A program made the translations under genes and the position numbers. 64,000 nt of DNA, from NCBI GenBank assembly GCA_964016885.1, contig OZ024741.1:400210001-400274000 (forward strand), written 5' to 3'. Positions 27,415 to 43,160 of this stretch are shown here, in pieces; position 1 is the first letter of the stretch; every line of letters begins with the position of its first letter. The notes below the pieces were generated by a model. It ran no database searches, was not told where the DNA came from, and saw nothing but the letters and a program-made list of their open reading frames with translations. This stretch comes from Eledone cirrhosa (lineage: Eukaryota).

Positions 27415-29460
27415 ATATTTATTAAAATAACAGATTAAAGTTTAAGCAAAGAATCGCTGCTTTCACCCTCAACGGGATCTTCTGAAACTGTAAAGTCAAT
27501 CTGTAAACGCAGAAGTGGATATTTCAAAAAACGTTGCAACCGGAGGAAGACAGGAAGACGATACTTTGGTTCGTGGAAACATTCGCTGGCAAAGAACGGG
27601 GAAAAAACGAATATAATACGTCATTAATAGGAGCGGTGAAAAACAATTACGCGCAAAGACAGAACCACGTTTATGGTATAAAAGAGGTCGTAGACTAATG
27701 TTCTCTTAGGTGGTTCATAGAGACGTTCTCTGGCAATGAACGAAAAAGACGAAGATAATACGCCATATGTGGAGCGTGGAGAACAATAGCACGCAAAGAC
27801 AAAACCACGTAAATGGTATAGCAGAAGTCGTAGACTAAAATTCTAACTAGGAGACCAAATGAATCTCCGCTACAGAGTTAAGAACAAAGTAAATAAATAC
27901 AATACAGAAGTAATAGAAATAAATAAATACATACACGCAAACAAATACGTACATACACAAAACACTTACCATAGGTATACAAAACCACGCACATATAAAT
28001 ATGTGTGTGTGTGTATGCGTGTATACAAATAAATAAATAATTATATAAACGTATATAAATAAATAAATACGTATATAACAAGCGCACACACATACCTACA
28101 TGTAAATACACGAATGTTCGGAGACGTAAGTCAACCAAAACATGAAGTACACATATACACACACCCTACATACGTACGAACCTGCAAACTCACACAGACG
28201 CAAAACTCCAGTATACACGTAGCCAAACCATATGTACCAGAATATATAAAATTATACGCCATAACATAAACAATCAAATATACGTACGAGAAGGTATATG
28301 TACCTTCACAAAACATACGGGTAATATATACTTACCTATGCAAATAAGTAATGGTATAAACAAAACATATACTTAGCTCCCACATCAAGACGTAAAAATC
28401 CACGTATAGATCGTACTATCCGTTAGGGTATAACGTGGGGCTGTAATGCAGGAAAGTTTTGTGCAATTTATGTTTACAAGCCGAAATTGCCTCAGATTTT
28501 TTGTTTAAGCTGTGGTCTGTGGCGTAGAGTATTTTCAGGGCCTCAGCGGCGCAGAGGTCACATGGTCTTTTATTTCCGTTATACGATCTAGCCCTAGCTA
28601 GGATCTCCCAGTGTAACTTATGTTGGGTGTGGTTGTCTTTTAGAATCCAGATATAAGCTGAAAGTGACATCATATTCCTTCTTAGAGGGTAACGAAAAGA
28701 ATGGGTGTGCATGTAAAGACGCTGCTTGAATCTATTGGCGGTTAACCCTATGTAGGCCCTACGGGACGTGGGTGTTACAACCTTACATTTGTAGACAATA
28801 TTACTAGAGAGGCATTTCCCGGATAGGGGGCAATCAACCCGATTCCTACAATTACAGTTAGTACTAACTACAGGGTTGCACGTGTTCCTACGGCTAGGTA
28901 GTTTAGCTAAATTTGAAGATGTAATGTTATGTGCAAGGTTAGGAGTCGTAGAGTAAGAAATTTTAATAGTATTTCTATTAAAAATTTTACTATATTTATG
29001 TGTAGGGGGAAAATGCTTCGTAATAAGGGAAAGAAAGATCTTAGCTAATGGTGTGGCCACCTCCATATTATATGGTGGGTTATACCAACAAATACGACGG
29101 GATCTATTTCATCTAGGTCTATTTTCGTACTTTGTATATGCTACCTTATCGACAAATCCACTTTGAGCAAGGGCTTCATTGTAATAAGTGGAATGGTCGT
29201 TGAAAATACGCTCGTTGGTGGAAAGACGGGAAAGCCTCAACGAAACGTTTCTTACCAGGTTCTTGGTTATGCTGGCAGGATGGTTGGAATGCTTACTTAT
29301 GTAATTAAGCGTATCATTCGGCTTTCTATACGGGTAATACAACTCATTCAATAAATTGAGGGTAACGTCGAGGTAATTAACGACTGAGAGATTGGCTTCA
29401 ACCTGTATAGAGAGGTTGAAGCCTTTAATTACCTCGACGTTACCCTCAATTTATTGAATG
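27415..29460 (-). mobile_element. Penelope-like element, Nematis type, 5'-truncated, with ~1-kb 3' pLTR
   Basis: [20 protein letters not shown]; WYNPPY; KIFNRNTIKISYS; CNCRNRVDCPLSGKC (CXCX5CX5C); NIVYKC..YIGLTANRFKQRLYMH; 36-bp inversion at the 5' junction. Confidence 0.9.
27439..27489 (-). ncRNA. Hammerhead-like fold with variant core (CAGAAGA)
   Basis: AGTTT-CAGAAGA-T-CCC-GTTGA-GGG-T-GAAA-GCA..TGC-TT-AAACT. Confidence 0.65.
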
Positions 29461-29465
29461 GGTTC

Positions 29466-29590
<125 letters not shown>

Positions 29591-29679
29591 ACCAATGATG
29601 GTTAGAAAATCACTGACGAAGGACTATTTTTATCATATGTAACCCATGTGCAAACCACGCAGTATTCTTCTTTCTTCTC

Positions 29680-30848
<1,169 letters not shown>

Positions 30849-30938
30849 TTTATTATAATAGATTTATAAATTTAGGAATTTATAAAATTCCGTTTGGTTG
30901 GTTGGTTGGTTCCACAACCAGATGATTGTTTATATATT

Positions 30939-30981
30939 GTCAAAGTTCTTTCGTCACACATTCTGTGACCTCTTCAGTGAC
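30939..30981 (-). ncRNA. Minimal type I hammerhead candidate
   Basis: GTCA-CTGAAGA-G-GTCACA-GAATG-TGTGAC-GAAA-GAAC-TT-TGAC. Confidence 0.75.
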
Positions 30982-31042
30982 TGAGAATTCTTATCTTTGT
31001 TTTTGTGCCTCTCCTTTGTTCTGTCCTACGCCAACTTGTTTT

Positions 31043-31173
<131 letters not shown>

Positions 31174-31174
31174 G

Positions 31175-31210
<36 letters not shown>

Positions 31211-31629
31211 TGTATATTTATATATATACGTATATTTATATATATATATGTATATGTATATATGTATATGTATATATATGTATATGTATATGTATATATA
31301 TGTATGTATATGTATATATATGTATATGTATATATATATGTGTATATATATATGTATATATATGTATACGTATATATATGTATATGTATATATATATATG
31401 TATATATATATATGTATATACGTATATATATATATATATTCACATATATTTTTATTGTTTGACCCGAATTACTTGGTCGTTTCTTTGGCTGTGCGGATGT
31501 TTGTTTAACCATCGTCTCAGTGTGTTTGGCCTTTAACGTATTTCTGGTTCATCTGAATCATCGAGCGCTTGCCACACATCTCGGAAGGTGTTTTTCGTTT
31601 ATTCCTAAGCCGAATTACGATTCTCGCTA

Positions 31630-31713
<84 letters not shown>

Positions 31714-31746
31714 ACGTATATACATATATATATATACGTATATACA

Positions 31747-31811
<65 letters not shown>

Positions 31812-32000
31812 ACGTATATATATATATATAAATATATATATATATTGTTATACTTTGGGAGGGTCATGTTGCCAATAAGAAACACACGCACCAGTTGCTT
31901 TCACTTCAATTTAATTTAATATATATTTATAAATTTACAAATTTATAAATTTCTGGTTGGTTGGTTGGTTCCACAACCAGATAGTTGTTTATATATATAT

Positions 32001-32045
32001 AGTCATAGTTCTTTCGTCACACACTCTGTGACCTCTTCAGTGACT
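32001..32045 (-). ncRNA. Minimal type I hammerhead candidate
   Basis: Reverse complement of 32182-32226. Confidence 0.8.
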
Positions 32046-32181
32046 GGGGATTTCTTTCTTCGTTTCTGTGCCTTTCCTTTCTTCTATCCTACGCCATTTT
32101 GTTTGTGTGTGGGTTAACAAACAAACAAAATGGCGTAGGATAGAAGAAAGGAAAGGCACAGAAACGAAGAAAGAAATCCCC

Positions 32182-32226
32182 AGTCACTGAAGAGGTCACA
32201 GAGTGTGTGACGAAAGAACTATGACT
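32182..32226 (+). ncRNA. Minimal type I hammerhead candidate
   Basis: AGTCA-CTGAAGA-G-GTCACA-GAGTG-TGTGAC-GAAA-GAAC-TA-TGACT. Confidence 0.8.
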
Positions 32227-32437
32227 ATATATATATAAACAACTATCTGGTTGTGGAACCAACCAACCAACCAGAAATTTATAAATTTGTAAATTTATAA
32301 ATATATATTAAATTAAATTGAAGTGAAAGCAACTGGTGCGTGTGTTTCTTATTGGCAACATGACCCTCCCAAAGTATAACAATATCGGTTTCAACACACG
32401 ATTTCAGATAAAGAATCTTGCTAAACAAATTCAGAAA

Positions 32438-32995
<558 letters not shown>

Positions 32996-33378
32996 TAAAA
33001 ATTAAAATAGTAATTTTGAAAGCCTCAACAATGCAGATGGGTAAATCTCCGGGTAACAAAATCAGGTGGTAATGAGAGAGAGATGTAAGAGGAAGTGTAG
33101 AAAGAGACGTAAAGAGCGTAAAAGAATGTAGGGAAAGTGTAAAAAATAATAACACGAGATAGTGATTTAATAGTCCCTATATTTCGGATTTCGCATCCAT
33201 CAACTGTGTGTGTTTATGTGAGCGCGCACATGAATATCGGTGAATACACACCCGCATTGCCACCCCACCAATTACACCAAAATACACACAAATGTCCACA
33301 CACAAAAAAATAGTGCCGATGCCTATATACCTTCTCAGCTCACATATCACAACAAAAATATATCTTTTGTCACATCAG

Positions 33379-33467
33379 CAGTCTGAAGAGCAGATCTATA
33401 TTGCAGTTGGGTCCATAACTCCTATGGGTCACTTTGAGCCAATCCTCTGCGAAACACGCGTAACAGG
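33379..33467 (+). ncRNA. Type I hammerhead candidate (helix I decayed)
   Basis: GT-CTGAAGA-GCAGA..long loop..TCTGC-GAAA-CACGCG-TA-AC; perfect helix II with G10.1-C11.1 pair, GUA triplet. Confidence 0.72.
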
Positions 33468-33591
33468 TCGATACGCAATAAATATTTTTCATGTGTAAAC
33501 AAAACTTCCTCATTTTTTCTATTATATACATCTGCCTGTGCATAGAGTCCTAGATCTGGTACCTACACCAGTAGTTCATCGTACTACTTAC

Positions 33592-33592
<1 letters not shown>

Positions 33593-33675
<83 letters not shown>
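33593..33675. repeat. (TCTA)n microsatellite
   Basis: About 20 perfect units. Confidence 0.98.
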
Positions 33676-33901
33676 GTTGTCGTCTGTTCTACAGCGTAGA
33701 TGTAATTCACTTCGCGCAGAAGTTTTGTTCAAATTTATTGCGGAAATTTTGTAAGTTCAATTTTAATTTTGATACTATTGTGTAGCTTGACCCCCGTCTG
33801 AACTGACAGGCGGTGGGTCAGCTCATCTTTACCCCTCCTAGGGGTGAAAAACCTGTTTTTAAAAATTTTGTGGCATAAAAAATTTCAATCGTCTGACAGA
33901 A

Positions 33902-35859
33902 ATGTTAAACGAAGCGAACGAAAATAGTGGTGGTGGGGGGACAGCGGTAAGAGTTGTAAGCTCGCACGCTTTAGTCCCCCTTTCCTTCTCAACTAACGTC
34001 ATAGAGAAGGAAGGAAAAAATAAAATAAACACAGACGAATCTGCGGAAAAAAATGACGAAAACACAAATCTGGACATGGATTCCAACAACGAAAAAAAAA
34101 AATTTGAAAAATTGCATGACAATATTAATACCACAAACAGAGACACGACAAACACAAAAATAACATTTGAAAACAACATCATAACAGAAAGCAAAGCAGA
34201 CGACAAAGTCAACACCAATAATATTTCATTTGCACAAACAACAAAGAAATCTTTGACATATATACCTGAAAATATTTCAGATGTGGCACAAAGAATTGCA
34301 GACGCCAAACAATATATAACTGAAGGAGAGAATGGTATTTTATCGGTAAAAATGCCTCAAGAACTCACCAAAGACATTGAAAGTCGAACGGTCGTTTTCC
34401 GCACCATCAACAACACTTCAAAAAAACCTGAACAGCCAACTCAAACAGAAATCAAAACAGTACTTACAGAAGTACTTAATGAAACCACTTTCATAAGAAA
34501 AGACAGACTGTATGGAAGCCTAGCGATTATTATGAAGAACGAATCGGCGGCAAAAAAATGTGCTTTGTCACCGATTCGTTCGAAAAGTTTTACCTTTTAT
34601 CCATCTTATATGGGTAAAAGAACTCAACGCATATGGCTGGATGCAATGATGCCAGATGTGGACTACTGCTGGCTCATAGCTGGCTTCATCGATCCAGCGA
34701 ATGACAACGTGATTTCCATTGGGAAAACCACAGGCAATGCGTTCAGTGGAACAGGTATAGAACTTGTAGTGCAAATGAAGCCTGAACGCATCGCCCAAAT
34801 ACCCGACAGAATCCTATTAGAGGGCCACGGGTATATAAACATAAGCGTGGAGAGGAGAAGGCCGTCCTGTCATATCTGTGCAGGCAGAGGGCACCTGAAG
34901 GCGGCTTGTCCCCAACTCAACAAAAAGAAAACCCTGCTACCAACACCAGCTCCACCACCACCACCACAACAGATAAACAAACAACAAAACTCAGTCCCAC
35001 CCAACCCGTCCCTCAGTAAAACTACACCACCACCACAACACAAACAGTCACAACACATTACCCCAAAACAAAATACAGGCCCACCCAACCCCTCACTCAA
35101 TAAAACAACACAACCACCGCAGCCACAACACACAACACAGTCTAACATAGTGACATCCATCTCCCCCACAAAGAAAACCAACACGGAAACATTACCAGCA
35201 AACATACCTCTTCCCTCCAACACTGAAGATAACCCAACGAATTCGGAGGAAGAAACGGAGTCCTTCAGACAGATTAAAAGGAAAAAAGAAAACATGTGCA
35301 AAACACACAAGGCCAAACAACCACCACCCAAATGTCAACACAATCCAACAAAACACAAAACACCCCTCCAGCAACAAACAAAACCAAACCTGCCCCTCCC
35401 CTCTTCGAAACACTCACACCATCCGAAAAAAAGACATTACACTATACTTACATCAACAGAAACAATAATAAATTAAATGAACTCATAAACAATAATCCTT
35501 CGGTACAAACCGAAGGTGTAAACTTTGTTTCTTCAGAAAACTACCCACATTTAAAACTAATAAAGATCCCAATGAACCTCTACCAAAAACTAAAAAAGGA
35601 TTTTAAGGAGGACGTAGGACCACCCTCTGTCAAACCCATAAACCGCGTCCTACTAAAAAGCTTTCCCCCTCCCCTTCCCCTCCCCAACACAACTCCAAAC
35701 ACCCCAACCCCACCACACACTGACGACCCCACACCACCACAAGACACCCCTTCACCCAACACCCCCGACCCCATGGAAGTCGTGCGACCCGAACCCGGGA
35801 AGCAGAAAGGTAGGTCTCTACACTCTCCTTTGGCTCTGCCGCCCACATGGATGTGTTAA
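33902..35859 (+). pseudogene. Tx1-type ORF1 (gag-like, CCHC knuckle, Pro-rich tail), probable single frameshift
   Basis: CHICAGRGHLKAAC (CX2CX4HX4C); ORFs 33902-35476 and 35296-35859 overlap in different frames; the stop overlaps the ORF2 start. Confidence 0.8.
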
Positions 35860-38800
35860 GAGTAGGATGTTTGAATGCACGTGGCCTGGGCTCAACTTGG
35901 AAGCAAGCAAAGCTTCTAAATGACCTCAGGTCATGTGGTATAAATGTAATGGTTATCTGTGAGACTCGGATCAGCGTCGTGCGGCAGCTGGCCCCTACCT
36001 TCGATGACTTTGAGGTGCATGCATCTCTCTGTCAACCTGGAGGTGGGGGTGGGGTTGTCGTACTGCTGCAAAAACACCTGGGTCTTGCCGTACAGGTTGT
36101 TCACTCGGACCCGGAGGGTCGTTTGTTGGTGCTAGACGTTGGCAGTAGTGAAGGTGCGGCCTTGAGACTGGTCGCCGTCTACTCCCCTTTCGGAGCTGAA
36201 CGGCCCGACTTCTTTCAGCGTTTGGAGACTTTTCTGGGAACGTCGCGTTCCCTGCTTCTAGCGGGGGATTGGAATGACATCCTAGATGCACGCTGGGACT
36301 ATGCAGGAGCATGTCCTAATAGAGGGGGGTGCAACAGCCTCAAGGGATTACTCGACCGTTTTAACTTGGTCGATAGATATCGACTAGATTTTCCAACTGT
36401 GCCTACCTGGACTTGGAGAAACCACAGTGGTCAATCTAGATCGTACTTAGATAGATTCTTAGTTAGAAGTAAGGATAGGGACATATTAAGCTGTCCAGAA
36501 ATGCGCACGGTTGGCTATACGGATCACAAATTAGTGACCTGCGTAGTCAATCTCGAGAAAACACATAAACAGGGTCCCGGTTACTGGAAACTTAATTTGT
36601 CTTTACCGGCAAAAGAGACTTACAGAAACCGGATTAGCAGATTAGTTAAGGAGAGGTTGACGGGTGCAATCGTCAACAACCGATGGTGGGCATCTCTCAA
36701 AAGAGAGATTAGAACAGAATCAATAAGTTATAGCAAGATGTTAGCTGCCGATAGGAATAGAAACGAGAAAGAATTAACAGGTAAGTTAGAAGAGGCAATC
36801 AAGAGCGAAGATGTGGCCAGAGTGCTGGCATCGAGGACGGCCTTGAACCAGTTTTTCGATGCAAAGCACGAAGGCTGCGTCATTCGAAGTAAAATACGTG
36901 CTCTAGGTAATGAGGGGGCCAAAGCCGTTGGCTGGGCCCGCGTGACGGAAGCTAAGAGTGGAAATCGATCCACCATCCGGTCGTTGCAAGACGAGGATGG
37001 ACGGGTGATCCGGGAGCCTAAGCAGATGTGCGAGGCCTTTCAAAGGCACTTTGCCCGATTATTCGGGGGAGGCGAGGGTCCGGGCGGGGACGTGGATTTC
37101 GGTCCATACCTCGACGGCCTGCCGCGTCTCCCGGACGAAGAGGCAGAGTCCTGCGAGGGACCAATCTCGGCTGATGAGATCGGAGATGCGCTGAGCCAAT
37201 GCAGCAGACGCAAATCTCCAGGTCTCGATGGTATACCTTACGAATTTATTTAGCAATGCCGGTTTTCTTCTCCGAACTCCTCGAAGCGGTCTACTGCAAT
37301 TGGCAGCAGAACGGGAGAATTCCTTGTTCTGTAGCCAAGGGCGTAGTCTCGCTAGTGAGGAAGGACGAGAACAAGGGGGATAGTATAAATAATTTTCGGC
37401 CCATAACACTGCTAAACACAGAGTTAAAGATTTTTGCCAAGGTGTTAGCAAAGTGGTTGGCGCTTGTCGTGGGTAGCCTGGTGGGAGATGCGCAGACATG
37501 TGTTATCCCATCCAGGTCCATTCACGATAACCTCCACCTCATGCGATACATCATAGAGAGGGTTGGCAACAAACCCGGCTTCGGTGGGGCCCTGATCAAC
37601 TTGGATCAGTCTAAGGCCTTCGATAGGGTCGACCATGGTTACCTGGATGCGGTGCTAGCGGCGGCTGGGTTCGGTCCTGTTTTCAGAGGCTGGATCACTG
37701 CCTTACATAGCAACCACATCTGTTCTAGGATCAAGGTGAACGGCTACCTTTCGAAGCCGTTTGAAATCACACGATCCATTGGACAGGGGTGCCCTCTCTC
37801 CTCCCTTCTGTACGTATTGACTCTCGAGCCTTTACTGAGGAAGTTGGAGTTGTTGCAGGGTATCCCCCTGGAACCAGGATTGAGCAAAGCGGTGTCGGCC
37901 TACGCCGATGACGTAACAGTAATGGTATCGACCGACTCAGAGATCGAGGCGATCGGTACCTTACTGGAGGATTACGAGAGGTTGTCAGGAGCGAAACTGA
38001 ACCGGGAAAAATCCATCGGGCTGCAACTCGGAACGTGGAGAGGCAGACCGATGCCTCCCGACGGTGTCGTCGGACACTGGACGGAGGGCCCGGTAAAGTT
38101 GCTTGGGGTCTGGTTTGGACCGGACCTCCAGGTGGAAAAGAACTTGGACGAGGTTACGAACAAGGTGTTTGCACTAACCCAGAAATGGGCCAAGTGTAAG
38201 CTGTCCCTAAAAGGCCGGGCGGAGGTGGCGAACATTTACATAGCGTCCGTCACTTACTACCGCCTGACTGTCGTGCCTTGCCCTAAGGAAACACTCACCA
38301 CCATGGAACGCATGCTCTTCCAATTTCTTTGGAAGAAGCGCTCTCCTATGGTGAGAAGATCCATCTGCTGCCAACAACCTTCGAAAGGAGGGCTGGGGAT
38401 GCCGTGGTTGATGATGCGTAGGCACGCATTAAGGCTACGGCACCTACAGGTATTCCTTACTGGTCAACCGGTGTGGGCTCCGTTCGTGAAACGAGCCTTT
38501 CCGAGACTCGTCTCGCTCACCGAGCTGCAGTCCTGGGTCAAGCAAAGATCCGGAAAACTGGGAGACTGGCACACTGAGTGTGCTCAGGCGCTCAGGGCTC
38601 TCTGGCAAGCGGGCCAGGCCATCGGTGGAGAATCCACCGCATCATTCTATAGAGGGCTGGTGGCTAGCAGGGGCGATGACACCCTTGGAGAGTCGCTGGA
38701 CATGGAGGAGGACGAACTGGCCAGCCTGTTCGGTAGGACTTTCGGCCCGGGACCAATGGACAACTTCCAGAAGTCACTAGCCTGGCAGTGCAACCGGGGG

Positions 38801-39267
38801 GCTCTACCCGTTCGAGAGAGGCTCTATAGACACGGGCGCCCGGGCAGGGATCCCTCGAAAAAGATTTGCCCTAGATGCGTGCGTCACGAAGAAACCGTTG
38901 CGCACGCATTAGTGCAATGTCCGGGCGTGGCTGATCTGTGGGGCTACGCCGAACGACTGCTGTCGCGGGTGGCGCCGAGTCCGTGATGACAATCAAACCG
39001 CTTCCCCTCTTCACAAAGGAAGCAAAGGCGGTTTTTCTGTGCGTAATAGCCATGTTGAAAGAGGTTGTTTGGTGGACACAATTGAAAGGTCTGAGGTCAG
39101 GCAACTTCCTCTCTGGCCATAGTCTGGTCTACTTCTTCCGATATCACTTCGGAAGAAGGATAAGAATGGAGAGAGAGGTGCTTGGCCACAGGCAGTTTTA
39201 TGAAAGGTGGGTGATAGTGGCGAGAATGGCTCGTGTAAATGGGCTTTCTCTGTATACCATCCTGTAG
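35847..39267 (+). pseudogene. Tx1-type ORF2 (APE endonuclease, RT, C-terminal zinc finger), two frameshifts
   Basis: CLNARGL, ICETR, AGDWN, SYLDRFLV, TDH, GPGYWKLN, KSPGLDGIPYE, NFRPITLLN, LDQSKAFDRVDH, QGCPLS, AYADDV, KGGLGMP, CPRC..EETVAHALVQC. Confidence 0.93.
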
Positions 39268-39537
39268 GTAAGGAAGTGAAGGAGAGGGGAGCACCTTCTC
39301 CATGTGCTCCCCGGGCAAAGGATTGCACACTTTTTCGTGGGTGTGTGCAACCCCCATCACGCCCCCTCCCTTTTGAGGTTGTTTTCGATTATTTTCATTT
39401 TATACCCTTTTTACTCGATTGTATGTAAACTCCCCCTTTGTATTTGTCCCTTCTTTTTATGCCTTTATGGTAAATAAAGAAATATATCTATCTATCTATA
39501 TATATATATATATCTATCTATATATATAGAGATATAT

Positions 39538-39975
<438 letters not shown>

Positions 39976-40610
39976 TATTGCTAGGAACCTTATAAATATA
40001 ATACAATACACAAAAATATATAATCAAAGAGAAAAAAAAACATCAATACAACACTAGGTCTATCAGAAATGTTTTAGGCAAGTGAAAATAATTTCATACG
40101 ACGTGTATATTTTATGTTTGGTGATAGAGTTTGTCACAGCTAAATTGATTTATTGACCAGTAGAGAATCTGAATATAGCTGTTTGAACTGTTATCACATA
40201 TTTTTAATATATTTTGATTGAATTTACAATTCTCTTCAAGATTGTGATGTGTGCTTGAGATGAGTAGCTCGGGGAAAGCCAATAATATGACAGTTTCGTT
40301 TTCTGTTAATAATATAAAGTTTATATCACTAACAAGTTTATATGAGGTGATGTCTGTGAGGGTGCTTGGCTGTTTCAATGCCTTAGCTTCACCATCTCCC
40401 GCAGTAATGCTGCCAGTGTATTGGCTTGCCTGAAAGTGTTCCCTTGACTCTTGTGGTATGGTGTGTAACCGATTGTCACACTTAGTGTTGAAGCGATTAT
40501 TGGGCGGGGGGGGGGGGGGGGGGGGGGCTTGTTTATACTTTTTCCCTTTCTTTTTCTTTCGCTGTGAACATATAACTTTGTGTATTATATTGCGTATTAT
40601 ATTAGTGAGG

Positions 40611-40796
40611 GCAGTGGATTGGCAGTATCGGTAGAGGGTCGGATGCCATGCTTTGCAGCACAGTTACGTCCCTTTACGGACTGAGTTCAAATCCCGCCGA
40701 GGTTAACTTTGCCTTTCATCCTTACGGGATCGATAAATTAAAGTACCAGTAATGCACTAGGATAATTGCTGGCCTTGTGCCAACAGTAGAAACAAT
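40611..40796 (+). mobile_element. Meta-domain SINE with target-site duplication
   Basis: Family consensus; flanked by direct repeat TTATATTAGTGAGG. Confidence 0.88.
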
Positions 40797-40902
40797 TATA
40801 TTAGTGAGGTTCCTGGTAATAATTAATTGTATTTATTATATGTGTTTATATCTTTATTCTATTAAGATTATAAACAATTTCTTACGTTAATAAATAAATT
40901 TA

Positions 40903-41083
40903 TAATTGTTTATACTTTTGGCATAAGGCCAGCAATTATCCAGTGTATTACTGGTACTTTATTTTATCGACCCCGTAAGGATGAAAGGCAAAGTTAACCT
41001 CGGCGGGACTTGAACTCAGAATGGCAAGGGCTGTAACTCTATGCGTCAAAGCATGGCGTCCGATCCTCTACCGATACTGCCAA
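40903..41083 (-). mobile_element. Meta-domain SINE
   Basis: Family consensus, reverse strand. Confidence 0.87.
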
Positions 41084-42140
41084 TATAATAAATACAATTG
41101 CTTATTACTAGGAACCTCACTAATATAATTGTTTATTTATCAAGGGAGCTAACTTAATATTACTAACGCTCACAACTGAATGTATAATCTACTTATTCCC
41201 CTTGGATGTTATCGTCTGGAACTTGTCTTCAGTGAATTATTCAGAAAATATAAAATATTTTGGTAAGTTTTTAAACATTATTTTGAAGAAAAATTATAAA
41301 GGAAGCATATCTTTATATCAATTCATATAATATAAATATACACTGTGATAATTTATAGTTCATTTTAACGTTTATTCGGTGTAGAAATCATTTGTTTATT
41401 ATTTTTACATGACTCGCCGTGATTTCCTTTGTTTAAATACATATACAGATATAATCTGTTATTTAATTATATAAATATTTCACATGAAAATATAGAATAA
41501 AAATGAAACAGATACATAGATATTATCTCTATTACTTAATTGTCCGTAAATACAAAAAAAAAAGAAAACTTTTATTATCATATTACAAATATATAAGATT
41601 AACTAGAAGTACATATATATTAATTAATTAATGCTAAGAACTTTATAAATATATAACCAAAGCAAGAAGAAAAGACCCAACAATTCAACACGAAGTGTAT
41701 CACAATATTGAAAACTTTTGAGGCAAGGCAACAATATTTTATTTACAATAGAATGTTCTATTTTAATAACAAATACACGCCACCAAATATTTTATAAATA
41801 AGTTACATATAAGTATAAAGAAAGTGTTCCAGTGAAGAAATGCTATAAAGATAGTTTATAAAATACGGTGAAGACTCTTAAAAGACGGAAAAAGAAGTTG
41901 CCATTGGCCGTTATGAGGAATTGAACCCCAGATACCAGTTTTATGTTTAAATCTTACAGAATGAAAATATAATCACAAATTATATATAATAAATACTTAA
42001 TTACATAAATATTTCATATAAAAATATAGAAAATTAAGTCAACGCTACGTAATGTGTGCCAATCAGTCACACACCACAAGGAGTGCTGGAGTCTCCCTCT
42101 AACACTTTTTGAGGTGAGCCATCATACTGGTAGCATTAGT

Positions 42141-43160
42141 GGGTGATAGCGTGGCTAAGAAACTGGAACAACCAAGTACCACTACGAGCATCACTGGATA
42201 CCTTGGTAAAGCCAGGTGATAGCGTAGCTAAGTCGCTGGAACAACCAAGTACCCTCACGAACATCACTGGATACATCGAGAAGGCCAAGTGATAGCGCAG
42301 CTAAGACACTGGTACAACCAAGTACCACCACGAGCATCACTGGATATCTTGGTACGGCTAGGTGATAGCGTGGCTAAGACACTGGAACAACTAACTACCC
42401 TTACGAACATCACTGGATACCCCGGTAAGGCCAAGTGATAGCGTGGCTGAGTCGCTGGAACAACCAAGCACCCTCACGTACATCACTGGATACCTCGGTA
42501 AGGCCAAGTGATAGCGTGGCTGAGTCGCTGGAACAACCAAGCACCCTCACGTACATCACTGGATACCTCGGTAAGGCCAAGTGATAGCGTGGCTGAGTCG
42601 CTGGAACAACCAAGCACCCTCACGTACATCACTGGATATCCCGGTAAGGCCAAGTGATAGCGTAGCTGAGTCGCTGGAACAACCAAGCACCCTCACGTAC
42701 ATCACTGGATACCCCGGTAAGGCCAAGTGATAGCGTGGCTGAGTCGCTGGAACAACCAAGCACCCTCACGTACATCACTGGATACCCCGGTAAGGCCAAG
42801 TGATAGCGTGGCTGAGTCGCTGGAACAACCAAGCACCCTCACGTACATCACTGGATACCTCGGTAAGGCCAAGTGATAGCGTGGCTGAGTCGCTGGAACA
42901 ACCAAGCACCCTCACGTACATCACTGGATACCTCGGTAAGGCCAAGTGATAGCGTGGCTGAGTCGCTGGAACAACCAAGCACCCTCACGTACATCACTGG
43001 ATACCTCGGTAAAGCCATGTGATAGCGTGGCTAAGTCGCTGGAACAACTAAGCACCCTCACGTAGATCACCTGGCACCTCGATAAGGCTGGGTGATGGCG
43101 AGGCTAAGACACTGGAACAACCAAGCACCACCATAGGTATCACTAGATACCTCAGTAAGA
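42141..43160. repeat. 73-bp GC-balanced minisatellite (~14 copies)
   Basis: Unit GTGATAGCGTGGCTGAGTCGCTGGAACAACCAAGCACCCTCACGTACATCACTGGATACCTCGGTAAGGCCAA; homogeneous centre, diverged edges. Confidence 0.96.

Larger units (their letters stand above)
33676..39486 (+). mobile_element. Near full-length Tx1/L1-group non-LTR retrotransposon
   Basis: 5' UTR, ORF1 with zinc knuckle, overlapping ORF2 (APE-RT-CCHC), T-rich 3' UTR ending AATAAA; (TCTA)n on both sides. Confidence 0.93.

Noticed and set aside
28416-29066. Naiad-type Penelope element
   Set aside because: The GIY-YIG domain is C-terminal to the RT and the linker is CXCX5CX5C, which fits Nematis.
40502-40528. Poly-G run as a functional G-quadruplex
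   Set aside because: It is a simple homopolymer with no supporting context, and its length is unreliable.
42264-42978. Seven near-identical 67-aa minus-strand ORFs
   Set aside because: Artefact of a 73-bp period cycling through reading frames.
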